A stretch of 63,664 bases of DNA, filler included, from Conidiobolus incongruus B7586 (Eukaryota): the NCBI GenBank assembly GCA_000697335.1. It is 8 parts of 8 records of this genome, joined end to end, with 100 filler letters (N's around TTAATTAATTAA, not from the genome) between each part and the next. Parts side by side here need not be neighbours in the genome. Positions count along the whole stretch, not along the records: positions 17,070 to 25,576 come from JNEM01000156.1; positions 25,677 to 35,575 come from JNEM01000157.1; positions 35,676 to 42,694 come from JNEM01000158.1; 5 more parts are not named here. The stretch is one strand, 5' to 3'. Below are positions 22,828 to 37,648 of this stretch, in pieces. Position numbers and translations under genes: made by a program. Positions within the stretch are counted from its first letter, which is position 1, and the number at the start of each line of letters is the position of its first letter. The notes below the pieces were generated by a model. That model was not told the DNA's origin. It did not search any database and worked only from the letters and a program-made list of their open reading frames with translations.

Positions 22828-25800
22828 GTTTTTTTGAAATTTTAATATTTTGATTTAATATGAGTGAATCAACATTATCTATATAATTTTTAATCAACTG
22901 AATAATTATTATGGGATTTATTAAATTTTTTATTACTTAATCAAATTTCTTTTCAAATTTTTTACTAAAATTTCGATATTCGTTAAATTAATTTATATTT
23001 ACATATTTTAAATCGGCAGTATTCATTATATAAAATACTTCAAAATAATTTCTATTTAATATAGGATAAAAATAGTCTAAACTATAAGCCTTCATATCTG
23101 ATATAAATAATAATATCATTTTAACAATTGTGGATTCAATTCTATATGTAATTCAATTTCGAATAAAAATTATATTGTTTATATTGTTCATTGTAAACTT
23201 ATAGTACCCATCTCAGAAACATTTATTTTTGATTTAGGACAGTATTATATTGATTCAAATATTATTAAGATACTTTAAGAATTCTTTAAATATTTAAAAG
23301 ATGATATTTTAATGAATTATTACAAAAAATTAGTATTTTATCCTCTGATAAATATAAGATATTTTATTTTATGTTCGAGCGAAGATTGATTAAAATATAT
23401 GATATGAGTCCATATGAGTTTATATCTATTTATATATTACTTATACAACACTGATGAAAACTGAATCTAATTGAATTTTTTCAAAATATTGGAATGATTA
23501 AAATTCAATTTATTTCAAAATTCATATCTTTTAATTATTTTAACACTTATTATTTTTGATTTGAATCAATCAATATGATCTGAATAACTTAATATATTTT
23601 ATTTGTTTTATACAAAAAAACTCTATGATGGTATTAATAATTGAAAAATAAAAAGTTCATCTCGATATATACTATGATTACTAGGATAGTAACTCGCCCG
23701 ATCAACTTCGTCTCGCAGCCTGTAACTTTATGAAGATATAATCCTAGAATACCCGTCACAACGCTTCAAAGTCTCATTTTTCTTGTAGATCTAATTCACA
23801 TCTTTACACTACCTACAACTGACAAGTAGTCTATGGCAGAACCATTGCCAAAATACCTTTTTATCATTTCTTGTATTCTTTTTTGAAACTCATTAAACCA
23901 TAATAAAACATCTTGGCCCAAACTACTAAACATTTTACAAGCAAACTTCTCATTACCCTATTAACAACATCCTACAAGCAATTGGTCGAACAACAATACC
24001 TATACTTTCAATATTTATGCTTAAAACTCGAATATTTGCATTCAAGCTATTTTAACTTTTATTATTAACTTTAAAATATACTGATCCTTAATTTTTAATT
24101 TTAATTAATAAAAAAATTATAAAAAATTCCAATTTGATCATTATATATTAATTTTTTATACAATACAATTAATTTATATTATTTAAATTTTGATTTAAAA
24201 GTTTTAATATAAGTTTATTAAATATCAATATATTTAACAACTGTTATTATAGGATGAAATAGACTCTTAGGTCTTAAACATGGAACTACCAATAGCAAAC
24301 AAAAATTTATCACAAAATTAAAGAGAATTAATCAGTTTAACGAAATAACGTGAAATTAGTATTTTGTAAAAAAGGGCAGTTTAAATAAAATGAATATCTC
24401 ATTTTAATCATAATGTTAATTATGAGTGTTATAAGAAAACTTAGAAATGGTTAATTTTGGAATAAAGATAAATAGATAATATTTATTAGTTCACTTATAT
24501 TAATTTAATATTAGATACTATTGTTGACTTGTATAAAGAATAAGTCCCTTTCAAAAAATGACATAATCAACAATTTATAAAAAGAGTGACCTATGATGTA
24601 AATATTTGATTCAATATAATAATTTTAATTCTTTGAGTGATTAACAGAATTATTCATTATTATAAGTTTAATTACTACTATAAATTGATAAAATAGATAA
24701 ATAGTTAAATCAGATTTATATAATTATTATATATTAAATTATTACATATATTTGATAATTATATTACAATATATAGATTAAGGTTACAAAAATCTTTTTA
24801 TACCAAATGTTATACAATTCAAATAAGAATAGTAACAAAATTTAAATATTACGAAGCAAAAATTTAAGTTAATATTATTAATCATTAAATTAAAAAATTG
24901 ATTGGTATATTGAATTCTTGTAATATCTAAATCAGTCTCTAATTTAATTTTATTAAAAGAGATAATTATACTTATAATCAATATGATTCAATATGTTTTA
25001 TAATGATTTAACAGAAATAATCAATATTTTTACTACGTTTTGAGTTAATAATATTTATTAAAGGCTGATATTAGGAAAAAAAATAATTCTTTTTTAATTT
25101 TTATAATAACTTTGGTTAAAACATTAATATAGTTTAATCGGTTTTAAAAAAGTTAAAGGTAATGATATATATATATATATATTATATAGTTGTTTTATTA
25201 TTAATTATTTTTAGTCTAAAAGTAAATAAATTAGATTTTAAAAATAAAACTTCATCTATTTAATAGGTATTATGGGATAATATTTTTATAATATCATCGG
25301 ATACAAGACAGTTTTATTAAGTTAAGCTATTATCTAATTAAAGAAAATATCATAATAGACCCTATTGAATAATTGATAGTGATTTTCGCTATATTGATTG
25401 TTTAAATATTTATTTAAATTAGATAACTTCTATAAAGCTTTGAATATTTTAATATTAAATTATATTACTTTAAATATATTAATAGAATTTTTAGTTATTA
25501 ATTTTAAGGCTTGTATCTATATAATAAAATAGATATAATGATATATAACATTTAAATATAATTTAAATGGAATATANNNNNNNNNNNNNNNNNNNNNNNN
25601 NNNNNNNNNNNNNNNNNNNNTTAATTAATTAANNNNNNNNNNNNNNNNNNNNNNNNNNNNNNNNNNNNNNNNNNNNATATTATTATAGATATAATATTAT
25701 CTATATATTTTATTTTGATAAATACATAATATATATATTATTTCAAAAATTAAATATATATTTATTTTTTATAATTATATTAATTTTCTCTTTATAATTA

Positions 25801-27034
25801 GAATATAAAATTTTAATATCAATAAAAAATATAATATCATATATTGAATATATAATAAGACTTGCTTAATTTATTTGATATTTTTAAAATTTAAAATCTA
25901 TAATATCATCTATAAAATATCCTCAAGTAATATTAAAAACTTTGTATATTTATAATGAAAACTTCAATATTAAAAAATGACTTAGAAAATGATCATATTT
26001 TTACAAACATTAATGAATCAAATAATGCATAAATTATATAAATATTTCAATAGTTTTTATTAAGTTTTAGTTTAGAGGAATATCATTTTAAAACAAATCG
26101 TCATTTTATTAATTTTTAAAACTTGGCTGACTTATTAACACTATCAATTATAAATATAATATCAATATAATCAGCCTTTTTTACAATACATTAATATTAA
26201 TTATCTGGAACTAAATCAAACTCTAATATAATAAAAAATATTAAACATTAAAAATTTGATTTTAAAAATGAATGATTATAAACTTTATTATGATAATATA
26301 ATTGAACAATTCAATTGAAATAATTGTAAAAAATGATGACATGGGAATACTAATTCATATTAAATATACATTAAATAAGGTTGAGAAAAATTCTAAACTG
26401 GGGTTATTGTATGATAAAATTAAGTATATGAAATAATTTAGCGTATAAAAATGGTAATAAATTAATAGAATTAATGATGAAGGTTTTTATTAACAGAGTT
26501 AAAATTCTTTCAACAATGATATTTGTAAATACATTGTTTCAAATATAAATATAATATTGCAAAATAATTGTAAATTTTTTGTAAAATTGAATAAAAAATC
26601 TCATATACTATTATGATTGATATCTAAAACATTTTGATAATAGCAAAACACTTAACAGAAAACAAAAATATAAAAATTAAAATTAAAATACTAATATCGA
26701 TGTCATCAAGAGATAAATTATGCTAAAAGTTGATTATTGAATGAATAAATTTGGTACAATATATGATATGTAAATATAATATTTATATTTGATAATTTAG
26801 AAATTGAAATTGAAATTAGAATTAAATAAATACAGCATTTGGATTGCAGAAATCAAATGTTTTTATATTATTAACAATAATTGAGGGATGAATTATCAAT
26901 GAATTGTTAAAAATAAAACCGATAGTATGATATTATTGATATATATTAATGATGATGAAGAAAAATTAAGGATATTAAGATTTTAAATAATATATATAAA
27001 ATTAAAGTCATAATCGAAATATATTGATTTTATA

Positions 27035-27777
27035 TTATTTCGAGTTTTTGGCATATTTTTTCTTACCATAATCAAAGGGAATATAGCGATATTGGATCAT
27101 ATGTTGAATTTGTCGTCTCATTGTTAATACAAATAAGAAAATGAAATAAAACAATAAAATAGGCCAGAAAACGGGAACGTCCAAAGCCTCAAAAAGTGTA
27201 CAAAACATAGAAATTAAAATAGCACGGGTGGAGAGATGCCTAAATAAACAAATGCGTGTTAATTAAAGCTAGTATGAGTAAAATTATTACACTAAAACTA
27301 TAAAACATAACAATATTAATAAAATGTTCAAAATTAATCTTACCAAAATTTGAATTCTGGAAGCCTGCGAATAAAAGGACGGAACTCATCAGAATTTCTC
27401 ATTGGTAGAATTGGACCATCTTCATCCTCTTGATTTTCTAGTGCTTCTAGAGCAGGATCAATTTTGGGAGTTAAAAAGGCTAAAAATAAATTTAAGAGAT
27501 AGATGCCTAGCGCATAGGCAACAATATACCATCCTTCAGCCCAAACAATACGAACCATAAACAATACAGCTAATACCAGTGTGGTGATCCATCTCTGGGT
27601 CACAAAAGGAGTAACACGATCTAAAAATTGTTGATAACGCTAAAACTGAAGTTAATAATAATTTGATTGAATCATGATTCGTCTTACAATTCCAGCTTTT
27701 TTGAAAAAATGCTCAACATGACCTGCTGCACTGTGTTCTTCAGTAATTCCACTAGATATATTTGAAGTATTCATCAT
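27035..27777 (-). CDS. RER1: Golgi-to-ER retrieval receptor Rer1, 3 exons
   Basis: Exons 27777-27688, 27639-27344 and 27239-27035. Motifs RYQQFLDRVTP, YLLNLFLAFLTPKIDP, EFRPFIRRLPEFKFW, DVPVFWPIL and MRRQIQHMIQYRYIPFDYGKKKY. Confidence 0.95.
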
Positions 27778-30700
27778 TCAATTATTATTTTGATTATATA
27801 AATTATATAAAATCAAGTAATATGCATATCATCAATGCTTTGAATACTTTGATATTTATTCATTTTTAATGGGATTCTATCATGTCCCCAATAGCCAATC
27901 AAAATTCAACATGGTACTGATTAGATATGACTTTGATTTGAATTAATTATGACTATAAATATAAATTAAATATATTTAAAATAAACTATTCAATTTACTC
28001 AATGTCCACAATATTTTCAATACTTTTATATTTTATTTATTGAACTATATAGAACTTATATTATATATATTATATAATAATATCGTATATTTTAATAAAT
28101 AATAGGAATACTTGATATAATTTTTTTAATTCTACTTCTATTCATATCATTCATTTTTCAAATTGCTCTTTACCTGCGCAAATTAACCGACTATGTGTCA
28201 CTAGTTATTTCAAAAATATTATAGAAATTTACAATTTTGAAATTCATTCAAGATAATTGCTGATATTATGAAAATTGAGAAAAATCAATTAAAATTTAAA
28301 GAATTTGAATACATTCAATATTTTATATATACATCAGAATTAAACTATTAAGTTGCTGAAATATAAAATCAATATTTATTATTGATAACAACATATTTAG
28401 CATGAATTAAACATTTTTGGTTAAAGAAATTTTATTATATTTATTTCAATATGATATAAAAAATAATTACGATATTCAAAAATTTGTTATAATACACATT
28501 TATTATATTCTTTTAAATTTCACAATATAATATAATTAAACAGTTTATCTTAATATTTTTATTAGCACAATAATAATGATAATTTAAATAGTTTAGTTAT
28601 TATATATTTATTAATACTGTTAAAACTAAAAAAATATTAATCTTTTAATAAAATATAAAAATATTATCTATAAATTTTTGAACTTAAAATAATTTTATTT
28701 TGTTATAACTCTTAATCAAAGAATATTATTCCAATTATTATAATCTTAATTTGTAAATATGTATAAGATTTTTTTTCAAAAATAATATCCAATATAAAGA
28801 GAGATATGTATAATAATATAATAATAGGAATTCCTAATATTATATTAGTTTTATATCGAAATTTTTTATTAAACAAATATTTGATTTGGAGAGTATTTTT
28901 GTTGCTTTTTATTATTTTTACAAATCCAAGAGTATTATAAATTATATGTTAATTAGCTACCAATAAAGTAATTCCCATTCATGCTATTTTTAAGATATTT
29001 TGAATTAAGTCAAATTTATATTATTTTATCTTAAATCAAAAGATTTCAAAAATAACAATAATTATATTGAATATAATATAGAACAAATTTTTAAAATATA
29101 ACTAAAATTAAATATTAGTTAAGAATTCATAAAACAAATATCTAATTTAAATTATTAAATTAATTAAAGAGTTTTATTTATATAATATATCATTTTATAT
29201 AAAATATTATTTCCATTTAATTAAATGATTTGATTTAATAAATATTAGTTTTTATCAGGAATATATTGAAAGCTAAAATATTATATAAATTTATATATCT
29301 TATATTTAAGGCATTTAGTTTTATTAAAATAAAAGATAAGAAAAAAATATATAACTCTAAATTAAACAAATTAAGCAATATTTTGATATATTTAATAATA
29401 AGAATTTTAATTATTTTGTTTTAAATTTTGAGGATAGATTTTTTATCAGATATATTAATTTGATTATCAAAATCTGAAACTTTATAATTTAATAATTTAT
29501 TCAATATTAAAAGATACTAAAATTTTTCTAATTTATTATTTTATAATATAAATATTAAATATAAAAGAATATAGAGATTATAAATGGTTTATAATTTGAT
29601 AATAATATTAATATATGAAATTACATATATATTATTGATATCTTAGCAATTAAAGCTTTATATAGCTGAGTAACTTTTTTTTCTTTATTTTATATTAAAA
29701 ATAGTATTTGGCAAACATTAATCATATATTTTAAACTTAATACCATACCAATGATAAATATGATATATATAAAATTATATTAACATATTTAGGAATATAT
29801 AAAATATCACTTAGCATTATAAATATAGAGTAGGTTCTTCTAGTATATTGGCAAAATCTGGAACTTGGGTAATTATTGTATTAATTATTTATTTGAGTTT
29901 ATATTGAATTAGCAATATATTTATTAATATTTCTATATTTTTAATTTGATGGGATTTTAAAATACAAATTTCTTTGAAAATTTAAAAATAAAAGAAATTA
30001 TTGATAATATAATATAGTTTCTAAGGTTTTATTATATAATTTAATTATCTATCTATAAAATATCAGAAAATATTCAAATAAAATATATTTAAGAATAACA
30101 ATTATTTCAATAATATTATTATATATAATAATTATTAATCCAACCCTTTAGTTATTGGATATACTATGAAATAAAATAGTTCAATTTAAATTAAAAAAAA
30201 AATAAAGTATTTTTCTAAACCTGTTTTCCTATCCTGATGTTAGGCTTCTTTAATTTTATCATCTAGATCATTGATACCTTGATTGTATTCTGATTAAGGC
30301 ATATCACTTATTTTGCCTTTAATTTTGTCAATAAAACTGATAACTTTGCTTGACTATCTGTTATATGAATTTTGATTTGAATGAACCATTTTAATAATTT
30401 ACAAAATTTAAAATAACTATGAGCTTATTCTTATTAAACTTTATTATTGATATCACCATTAATGAAACAAATCATATGTTAAAGTTTGATGATATCATAT
30501 ATTATCCACTTTTTATATATTAGATTTAATTACAAATTATTAATATATTTAGCTATTTAATTTGCCATTTAATTCTAAATAAGATATATTGCTTATTATA
30601 TAAAAATACTAAATATTATTACAAATGATATAGTTGCAAAGTTTATAGTTAAATACATGAATATATTCTTGATATTTCAAAATTTACAAGAACTGAATTA

Positions 30701-31322
30701 TTTCAATGTATATTATGATTTGAATTTCTAATAATTCAAAATTTCAACTAATTTACAAATAAATAAACTAAAATAATTTGTGCAATACTAAAAACCATAT
30801 TGATTTTGATATTATACTTGATTAAGTTTGTTTTAAACATTTTTTATTTTAACAAATTTTTTAATTTTTTATACTAATATATCTGAATATATTTGATCAT
30901 TTTCAATATAAAGTATAATTGATAAAGTTAAATATTTAATTATAATAGATATAATTAAATATTGAATTATATATGATAGTATAATATCTTCAAACTATTT
31001 AAATAAACATTATTGATCAATGAAAACCAATAAATCCTAAAAATCATATTAACAGTTTGATGCTAAAGATATTTATTAGTTTTAAAAACCATTAGATATA
31101 ATGATAATTGTAAAATATTAGAGATCATAATATACCTAATTTGAGTTTGTCAATTATAATTCAAACATATTATTATTTTTGTCTGATTTAATTTTACTAA
31201 TGATATAATATTTGAATTAAGATTAATAGAGATTTGATATATAATTTTAATACTGAAATCTATGAAGATGAACTTTGATCAAATATAATTTATTAAATAA
31301 ACTGGATAATGAATAAGTGAAT

Positions 31323-33599
31323 TTAGGCAATGCCTTGAATACCAAGGTTTTGGAATACATTTGTGACAATTTGGCCTCCAAATTGATTATAAAAGTCTCC
31401 AAGTCCTATTCCATTCATCACTCCACTAACCAAACCTGGCTTTGGTTCCCGTAATTTGGGATCAAATGATGGATCTTTGACTTCAGGTGCAATAATGTCA
31501 GCGGCTAGTGCGCCTACGCAATATTGTGTGAGCACTGGAAAGTAACCTGGGACATCGGGCCAAATTGACATATCTGCTACTCGTAGATTTTTAATACCAC
31601 GAACTCTGAAATTCCCATCTAACACAGCCATTGGATCATCGTCACGGCCTATTTTACAAGTGCCTGCAGCATGATGGCCCCACACGGTTTTCTGGATGTG
31701 CTCCGAGAGCTGTTCATCAGTCGTAATCTTGTCTCCAGGAAGAAATTCGGTGTGATTAGTGTTTAATGACTGAATTACTTGTCTGGTTTTTTTAATTCCT
31801 TGGATCAATGCCTGGATATCCTGTTCTGAATGATGAGCAAACATATTGAAGTTGATATCAGGTGTGTCCTTGGGATCCTTGGTTTTGAGCATTACTGTTC
31901 CAGCGCGATTTTTGACTTCAGTATTCATGACTAAGAATGATAGGAAATTTTTATTTTCCACTACAGCTTTGGCCAATCCTTTTTCGAATCCTGTGAAGTA
32001 AATGGGAGCCATCAAAACAAATACATCTGGATCCTTCATTGCTTGATTGGATCTGAGAATGCTACCTGTGAGAATGCCATTGAAACTGTAAGGACCAGTT
32101 CCCGATTTCGTGAATTCTACCATACAAGGATCAGAGCTATCTGTCTTAAATTTGCACTCTTTGAGCAAATCAAATATATTAGGAAAAGCTGCATTCACAG
32201 TCAATTCAATTCGATCATGAAGGTTCCTTCCTACGCCTGGCAGATGATGCTTCACTGGGATTCCCATTGCCTCTAAATGCTCCTTGTCTCCGATCCCGCT
32301 TAACATCAGAATCTGTGGCGTATTGAAAGTGCCTCCGGAAACAATCACTTCTCGATTTGCATATGCTTCACCTGGAGTACCTTTTGAGCCTGGCTTTGAT
32401 CTTGGGCTGGCTCTGTACAAATAGGCTCCTTCTTCGTATTTAACCCCTTTAGCCACTTTATTACTGTCAATAATAATCTCAGTAACCAGTGTATCGGTCT
32501 GAATGGTCAACGGATAGTACTTGGCGATGTACAAAGCATAATCCCTTGGACCAACTCTTTGGCATCCTCTATTAACGCAGTCAGAATTGTATGGAACTAA
32601 ATAGGATCCCTCGCGGCCTGTTGTCAGCTGACCAGCTGAATAGTCGTTGATGGCTCCTCTAAATAAACTTCCAACAACAGCATCCTTCAAGATACCTTTG
32701 GTGATATCCAACAGCTTGAGATCTGGAGCAAGCAACTTGTATAGATTGACTGTAGTCAAAGGAAGGAAGTTCTCTTCAGTATGGCTAGCCGTCAATCGGC
32801 TCACCTCTTCTTTGACATCAGCAAGTGGCCCGATTTGATCCAGAATATTGACTCCTGGAACATTTTTAAGAAAGCTGGGACTAGTGAACAGGTTAAAATA
32901 CTTGCGGAAATTGGACTCTGACCACATTTGATTCCCAGTCAAAGCGACCATATTATCGAAATCCTTTTGTTTTGGATATACATGAATCATCGTGTTGTGT
33001 AGACTACAGCCTCCTATTCCGCTAGAGCGAGGATAAAGGATAATATTTGATGGGTCGTCCTCTGGACCACTGAAATTCTTGCTCCCTTTTCCTCTTCTTT
33101 TCACATAAAAGTCCCAGCTGATTGACTCATCTTCAATTGAATTGAAATTCAATCCAGGTGTCGTTATATTGGCATTCACCTGCGCAGACCCAGCATCGAT
33201 TAAAAGTGTTTTGTATCCTTTCATTGCAAGCTTGGTTGCTGTTAACGTCCCAGTCGGACCAGCTCCCACAACAATGTAATCATACACATTCTTGCCCTCT
33301 TGGTCATTTGGTTTAGTATTCTGGTCTTGGATTGGCTTTTGATTCGTGGGTTGTTGATTAGTTGGCCGCTGATTGGATGGCTGCTGGTTTACAGGCTTTT
33401 GATTGGATGGCTGTTGATATGATGGTTGCTGATTTGGAAATTGTTGATTATTTGGTTGAAAATTATTATATGATACTTGATTTTGGTAGGTGTTTGGGGG
33501 ATAATAAGATGGATTAGCATTTTGATTCCAAAAAAGACCTGTATTAGGCCAAACAAGTACCAAATAAATAATCCAATTTGAATTTTTAACATATACCAT
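31323..33599 (-). CDS. Secreted GMC (glucose-methanol-choline) oxidoreductase with N-terminal Q/P/N-rich repeat
   Basis: 758-aa intronless ORF. Hydrophobic N-terminus, FAD motif YDYIVVGAGPTG, GIGGCSLHN, GGTFNTPQILMLSGIG, PGVGRNLHD, WGHHAAGTCKIG and LRVADMS. Confidence 0.92.
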   Translation of the reverse strand: MVYVKNSNWIIYLVLVWPNTGLFWNQNANPSYYPPNTYQNQVSYNNFQPNNQQFPNQQPSYQQPSNQKPVNQQPSNQRPTNQQPTNQKPIQDQNTKPNDQEGKNVYDYIVVGAGPTGTLTATKLAMKGYKTLLIDAGSAQVNANITTPGLNFNSIEDESISWDFYVKRRGKGSKNFSGPEDDPSNIILYPRSSGIGGCSLHNTMIHVYPKQKDFDNMVALTGNQMWSESNFRKYFNLFTSPSFLKNVPGVNILDQIGPLADVKEEVSRLTASHTEENFLPLTTVNLYKLLAPDLKLLDITKGILKDAVVGSLFRGAINDYSAGQLTTGREGSYLVPYNSDCVNRGCQRVGPRDYALYIAKYYPLTIQTDTLVTEIIIDSNKVAKGVKYEEGAYLYRASPRSKPGSKGTPGEAYANREVIVSGGTFNTPQILMLSGIGDKEHLEAMGIPVKHHLPGVGRNLHDRIELTVNAAFPNIFDLLKECKFKTDSSDPCMVEFTKSGTGPYSFNGILTGSILRSNQAMKDPDVFVLMAPIYFTGFEKGLAKAVVENKNFLSFLVMNTEVKNRAGTVMLKTKDPKDTPDINFNMFAHHSEQDIQALIQGIKKTRQVIQSLNTNHTEFLPGDKITTDEQLSEHIQKTVWGHHAAGTCKIGRDDDPMAVLDGNFRVRGIKNLRVADMSIWPDVPGYFPVLTQYCVGALAADIIAPEVKDPSFDPKLREPKPGLVSGVMNGIGLGDFYNQFGGQIVTNVFQNLGIQGIA
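33330..33445 (-). repeat. Coding 15-nt (pentapeptide Q-[QKR]-P-x-N) tandem repeat within the GMC gene
   Basis: QQPSYQQPSNQKPVNQQPSNQRPTNQQPTNQKPIQ. Confidence 0.85.
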
Positions 33600-36500
33600 G
33601 TTTCTGTTAGGATATATAGGTATAAAATTGAATCAATTTTTATTCAATTTATAAATTAAAATCATAAAATATATATCGAGTATGAACATTTTGAGCAAAC
33701 ATCGTATTTATATAGATTATCAGCATTATTTTACGCATAAAAGACCCTCAAAGTACATAGAAAAGCATTCAGGCAAAGCCATTGATCCTTCAAAATTTTA
33801 AAATAAATGGCATTGCGTATATCTTACCACCAAACATCATTTGACATTGCAAAAAGTGAAATATAACAATATGTTATATTCATTCAGATTTTTAATTGGC
33901 TTTTTTTAAATTAATAAACCTCATTTATATGTCAGTGACCTCAATTTAACAATTTCAACTCTTACCAAAACCATCCAAATTTATAATTTTACTCTTTACA
34001 TATCAATTTACAGATTATCAAATTAAATTAAAATTTTATGCAAATATAATATTAAAATATTTGGTTCCTTATTAGACTATTTCGATTGATTTTTATTGGA
34101 ACGAATGATATTTTAATCCACACTAGAAATAATATTTTAATATGTTGTAATACACTACGAATTCAATGAATAATTTCCTTTCAGAAAATTCTTCAAACTT
34201 TTGAAATAACAATATATATTTATATAATTTATTTAATGCACTTTCTTGAGCTCAAAACTATGGCAAATGGATAATTTGTGAATATATTATTCGTTTAAAC
34301 TGCATTTTCAAGTCCATTAAATTGTTCAGAATGATTTACTTGAAATAGTAATTATTCAGAAACAACATTAATGATTTCACAAAAAATATATTTAATTATT
34401 AATTTTATATTTAATAAATATATTTTTCAATATATAAATAGCAAATGATATAATTTTTAATTTATTTGTCCGTTTTATTGTATCTTGGTAATCAGATTTA
34501 TTCATTTAGATTGCAATCGTTTGATTCAAACAATTAATATAAATATTAAAGATTAATCTTGAACAAAATTGCAATATCCAAGAATGCACATTTCTGATAA
34601 TTTAATCTACTTTGAAGCAGCTAGGGCATATATTTATTATGAAAATGTTGAAGAAACCAATAAGGTATTGTTAGTGAGTTATCTAAGTTGATAAAAATTG
34701 CCAAGTTATAATAAAATTTTTATTTTGTTACATATATATATAGTAATATAATTCTAAATATTAACAGTATAGAAATACAAAACCTTTATAATATATTAAT
34801 AGTATGAGTTCAGTTCCTATTATCCCATATTTTTATATTAGAAACTATATATTTATCTTATTTTCATTGAATCTAGACTTATTATTATTTATATAAAATA
34901 TTCATTAGTTTTTTATTAAATAATTTGATATCAAGTTATTATTTTAAACAATATATTCATTTAATAACTAGTATATTTTAATTATAGTCAATATCATTAA
35001 TTAAATTATTTAACATCAGTATTTTAATTATTATAATTATATATATTTAATTAACAAATTTTTATATCTCTATTCGGTAGTAAAATTTCAAAATATTTCC
35101 ATAAAGCCAAATTTTAACTGATTTTTATATCAATTAATATAAAAATCAGAAATATTATATATTTTAGAATTAAAGAAATTTTTTAATATATAATATTTTC
35201 AAAATTCATTCAACTTGTCCATTTTTTTTAATAAATACTTCCCATTAATTTGTAGTTATATTAATTATTTTAAAAACTATCTTTTAAAGTATATATTCTG
35301 TTATATCAAGTTTTATTAATATATTTATTAAAATTATATATTAGAAATGATTGGTATTATATTATTGAATATAATTTATTCTAATAATGATAATAGCTTT
35401 ATAAAATAATTTTTAAAAAAATTCAAAAATTTTAGTTTATTATTTATTATTATCATAATAATATTTAATTATTTTGGAAATAGATATCTATTATATATAA
35501 TTATTATTTGGTTAAATTAACAAATAAATTAATTTACCAAAATAATTAAAGTTTTAAATATTAAAAAAATAATGANNNNNNNNNNNNNNNNNNNNNNNNN
35601 NNNNNNNNNNNNNNNNNNNTTAATTAATTAANNNNNNNNNNNNNNNNNNNNNNNNNNNNNNNNNNNNNNNNNNNNATAAAATATTCAAAAAAATTTTTAT
35701 TTTTTATATAATACAAATTTATTAATTTTGTAATATAAACAAATAATAACAAATAAATTATTTATACTGAAAATATATATCATTTCAATATAATATTATA
35801 ATTGGGATATTATAAAAAAATAAAAAACAAATGAGAAGTGCCATTTTATTTGCTAAAGCTACCTATTATCTATTGATAAATAGAATTAATAAATTAAACA
35901 AAATTAAACATATATTAATTTTTTCTTATAATTTTATTATACAATTTTCATCATATTAAGTTTTAATTTTGATTTCAAAAAGACTATTATGATCTCAGAC
36001 TATATAGTTAAAGCGGTGATTTTTTTTGTGAAAAATATATTTAATAAGTTAAGAAATAGGATGAGGGAATTCTGATATAAATCATACATCGTTTAAAGAA
36101 TTATCAAGTTTCAAAATAAAGGATCACCACCTAACTCATAATATTGAACTCGGAATTTTTACACTGATTTTAAAGTTTTAAATTTTGTTTTAATCTAAGG
36201 AATCGTAGTATACAATTGTTTTATAAAACTTTCAACGTTTTTCATAGTCAATTAATTGATTTATATTGAATTGATCATCAAAGCACTATAATTATTATAT
36301 TATGAATGAATAATATTTATTTTATATTCTAAAAATGATATTTGATAATCTATTGTTAAAATTTTCATTTATAGGTCATTTTGTAATAAAATAATTTTTA
36401 ATCTTTTCAAAATAAAATTATATCGATTACTTGATATAATTCTGTTAATTTGTAATATGTAAATACAGAGTAATTAGTAAAGCTGATATTGTTATACAAA

Positions 36501-37648
36501 CACTTAATCAATGGAATGAGAGTAATTAAATATTATCAAATTGTATAGCAAATATTAAGGGACTTTGATTAATTAAGAAACCTTTAAATATAGTTTTAAT
36601 TTTTTATCAATTCAATCTTATCTTATTTTTTGTATTTTTAATATAATGTAATTAATTTTTATAATCATTTGATTTTAAATAGTATAAATAGTTAAGTGTA
36701 TTAGCTTTTAAATCAATATAATAAAACTATAAGCATCCAACAAAAAACAGCACTGTGATAAGATAAAACCTGTACCACTTGAATTCCAGTCTGATGAAAT
36801 ATTTGTTTTATTATTATCCAGTTATTAAAATTTCATTTTATTATTGCTATTAGTTTAACATAATTGAATTGATAATAATGATAAATTAAATTTATTTTTA
36901 ATAATTCTCATAGTAATTTAAATTGTAAATAATTTAGTAAAATAAAATAATTTATTGTGAGAAAAAAAATTTTTATTTTTAAAGATTTAAGCTATAATAT
37001 TTTAAATTTTTAATAAATATACATTAATTTTATAATTAAGTAATTGAATTTAATTGAAATAAAAAAATTTTTTTATATGCAAAAATGGGGTAAATTTTTA
37101 TTTAATACTCCACTTAAGATTATTAATAATAAGTTTATAATAATAAAAATAGTCACTGAATTATTAATCATTTTGTTTTTCAATTATCACTTCTCGTGTA
37201 TCCTAATTAATAGGATCAGTAAAACAAAGAATGTTTAAAACAAAAATAAACGAGTGATAATCTAATTACTGGCATCCAGAATTCTGTCGCTATGCCAATT
37301 TGGAAACAGGTTGTAAGGGATAGGAGAGTGACAGATTAGGAAGGTGGGAGGGTGATAGTTGGAACTTTATGTAATATAACCATGTGTGCTAAATAAACAA
37401 ATTTTAGCCTACCCAAGGTTCCTGGCAATTAAAGTGCATTGGGTCGCACCTCCTCCCTCTGAGGTATTAGTGATTAGATGAGTATGATTTTAGACAGTTG
37501 CAAGAGTGTTTGTTAAATAAAATATGGCTATTTATTAAAGTTTGTTGGTATGGTGGTAAGGAACTGCGGATGAATGAATAATATTAATTAGCTCAATTCG
37601 ATTGAATCATATGTATGTATCTCTAGTGGATTTTTAAGAAGGTGGTGG

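Noticed and set aside
36785..36820. Hammerhead ribozyme core CTGATGA
   Set aside because: No stem II followed by GAAA and no flanking stems.
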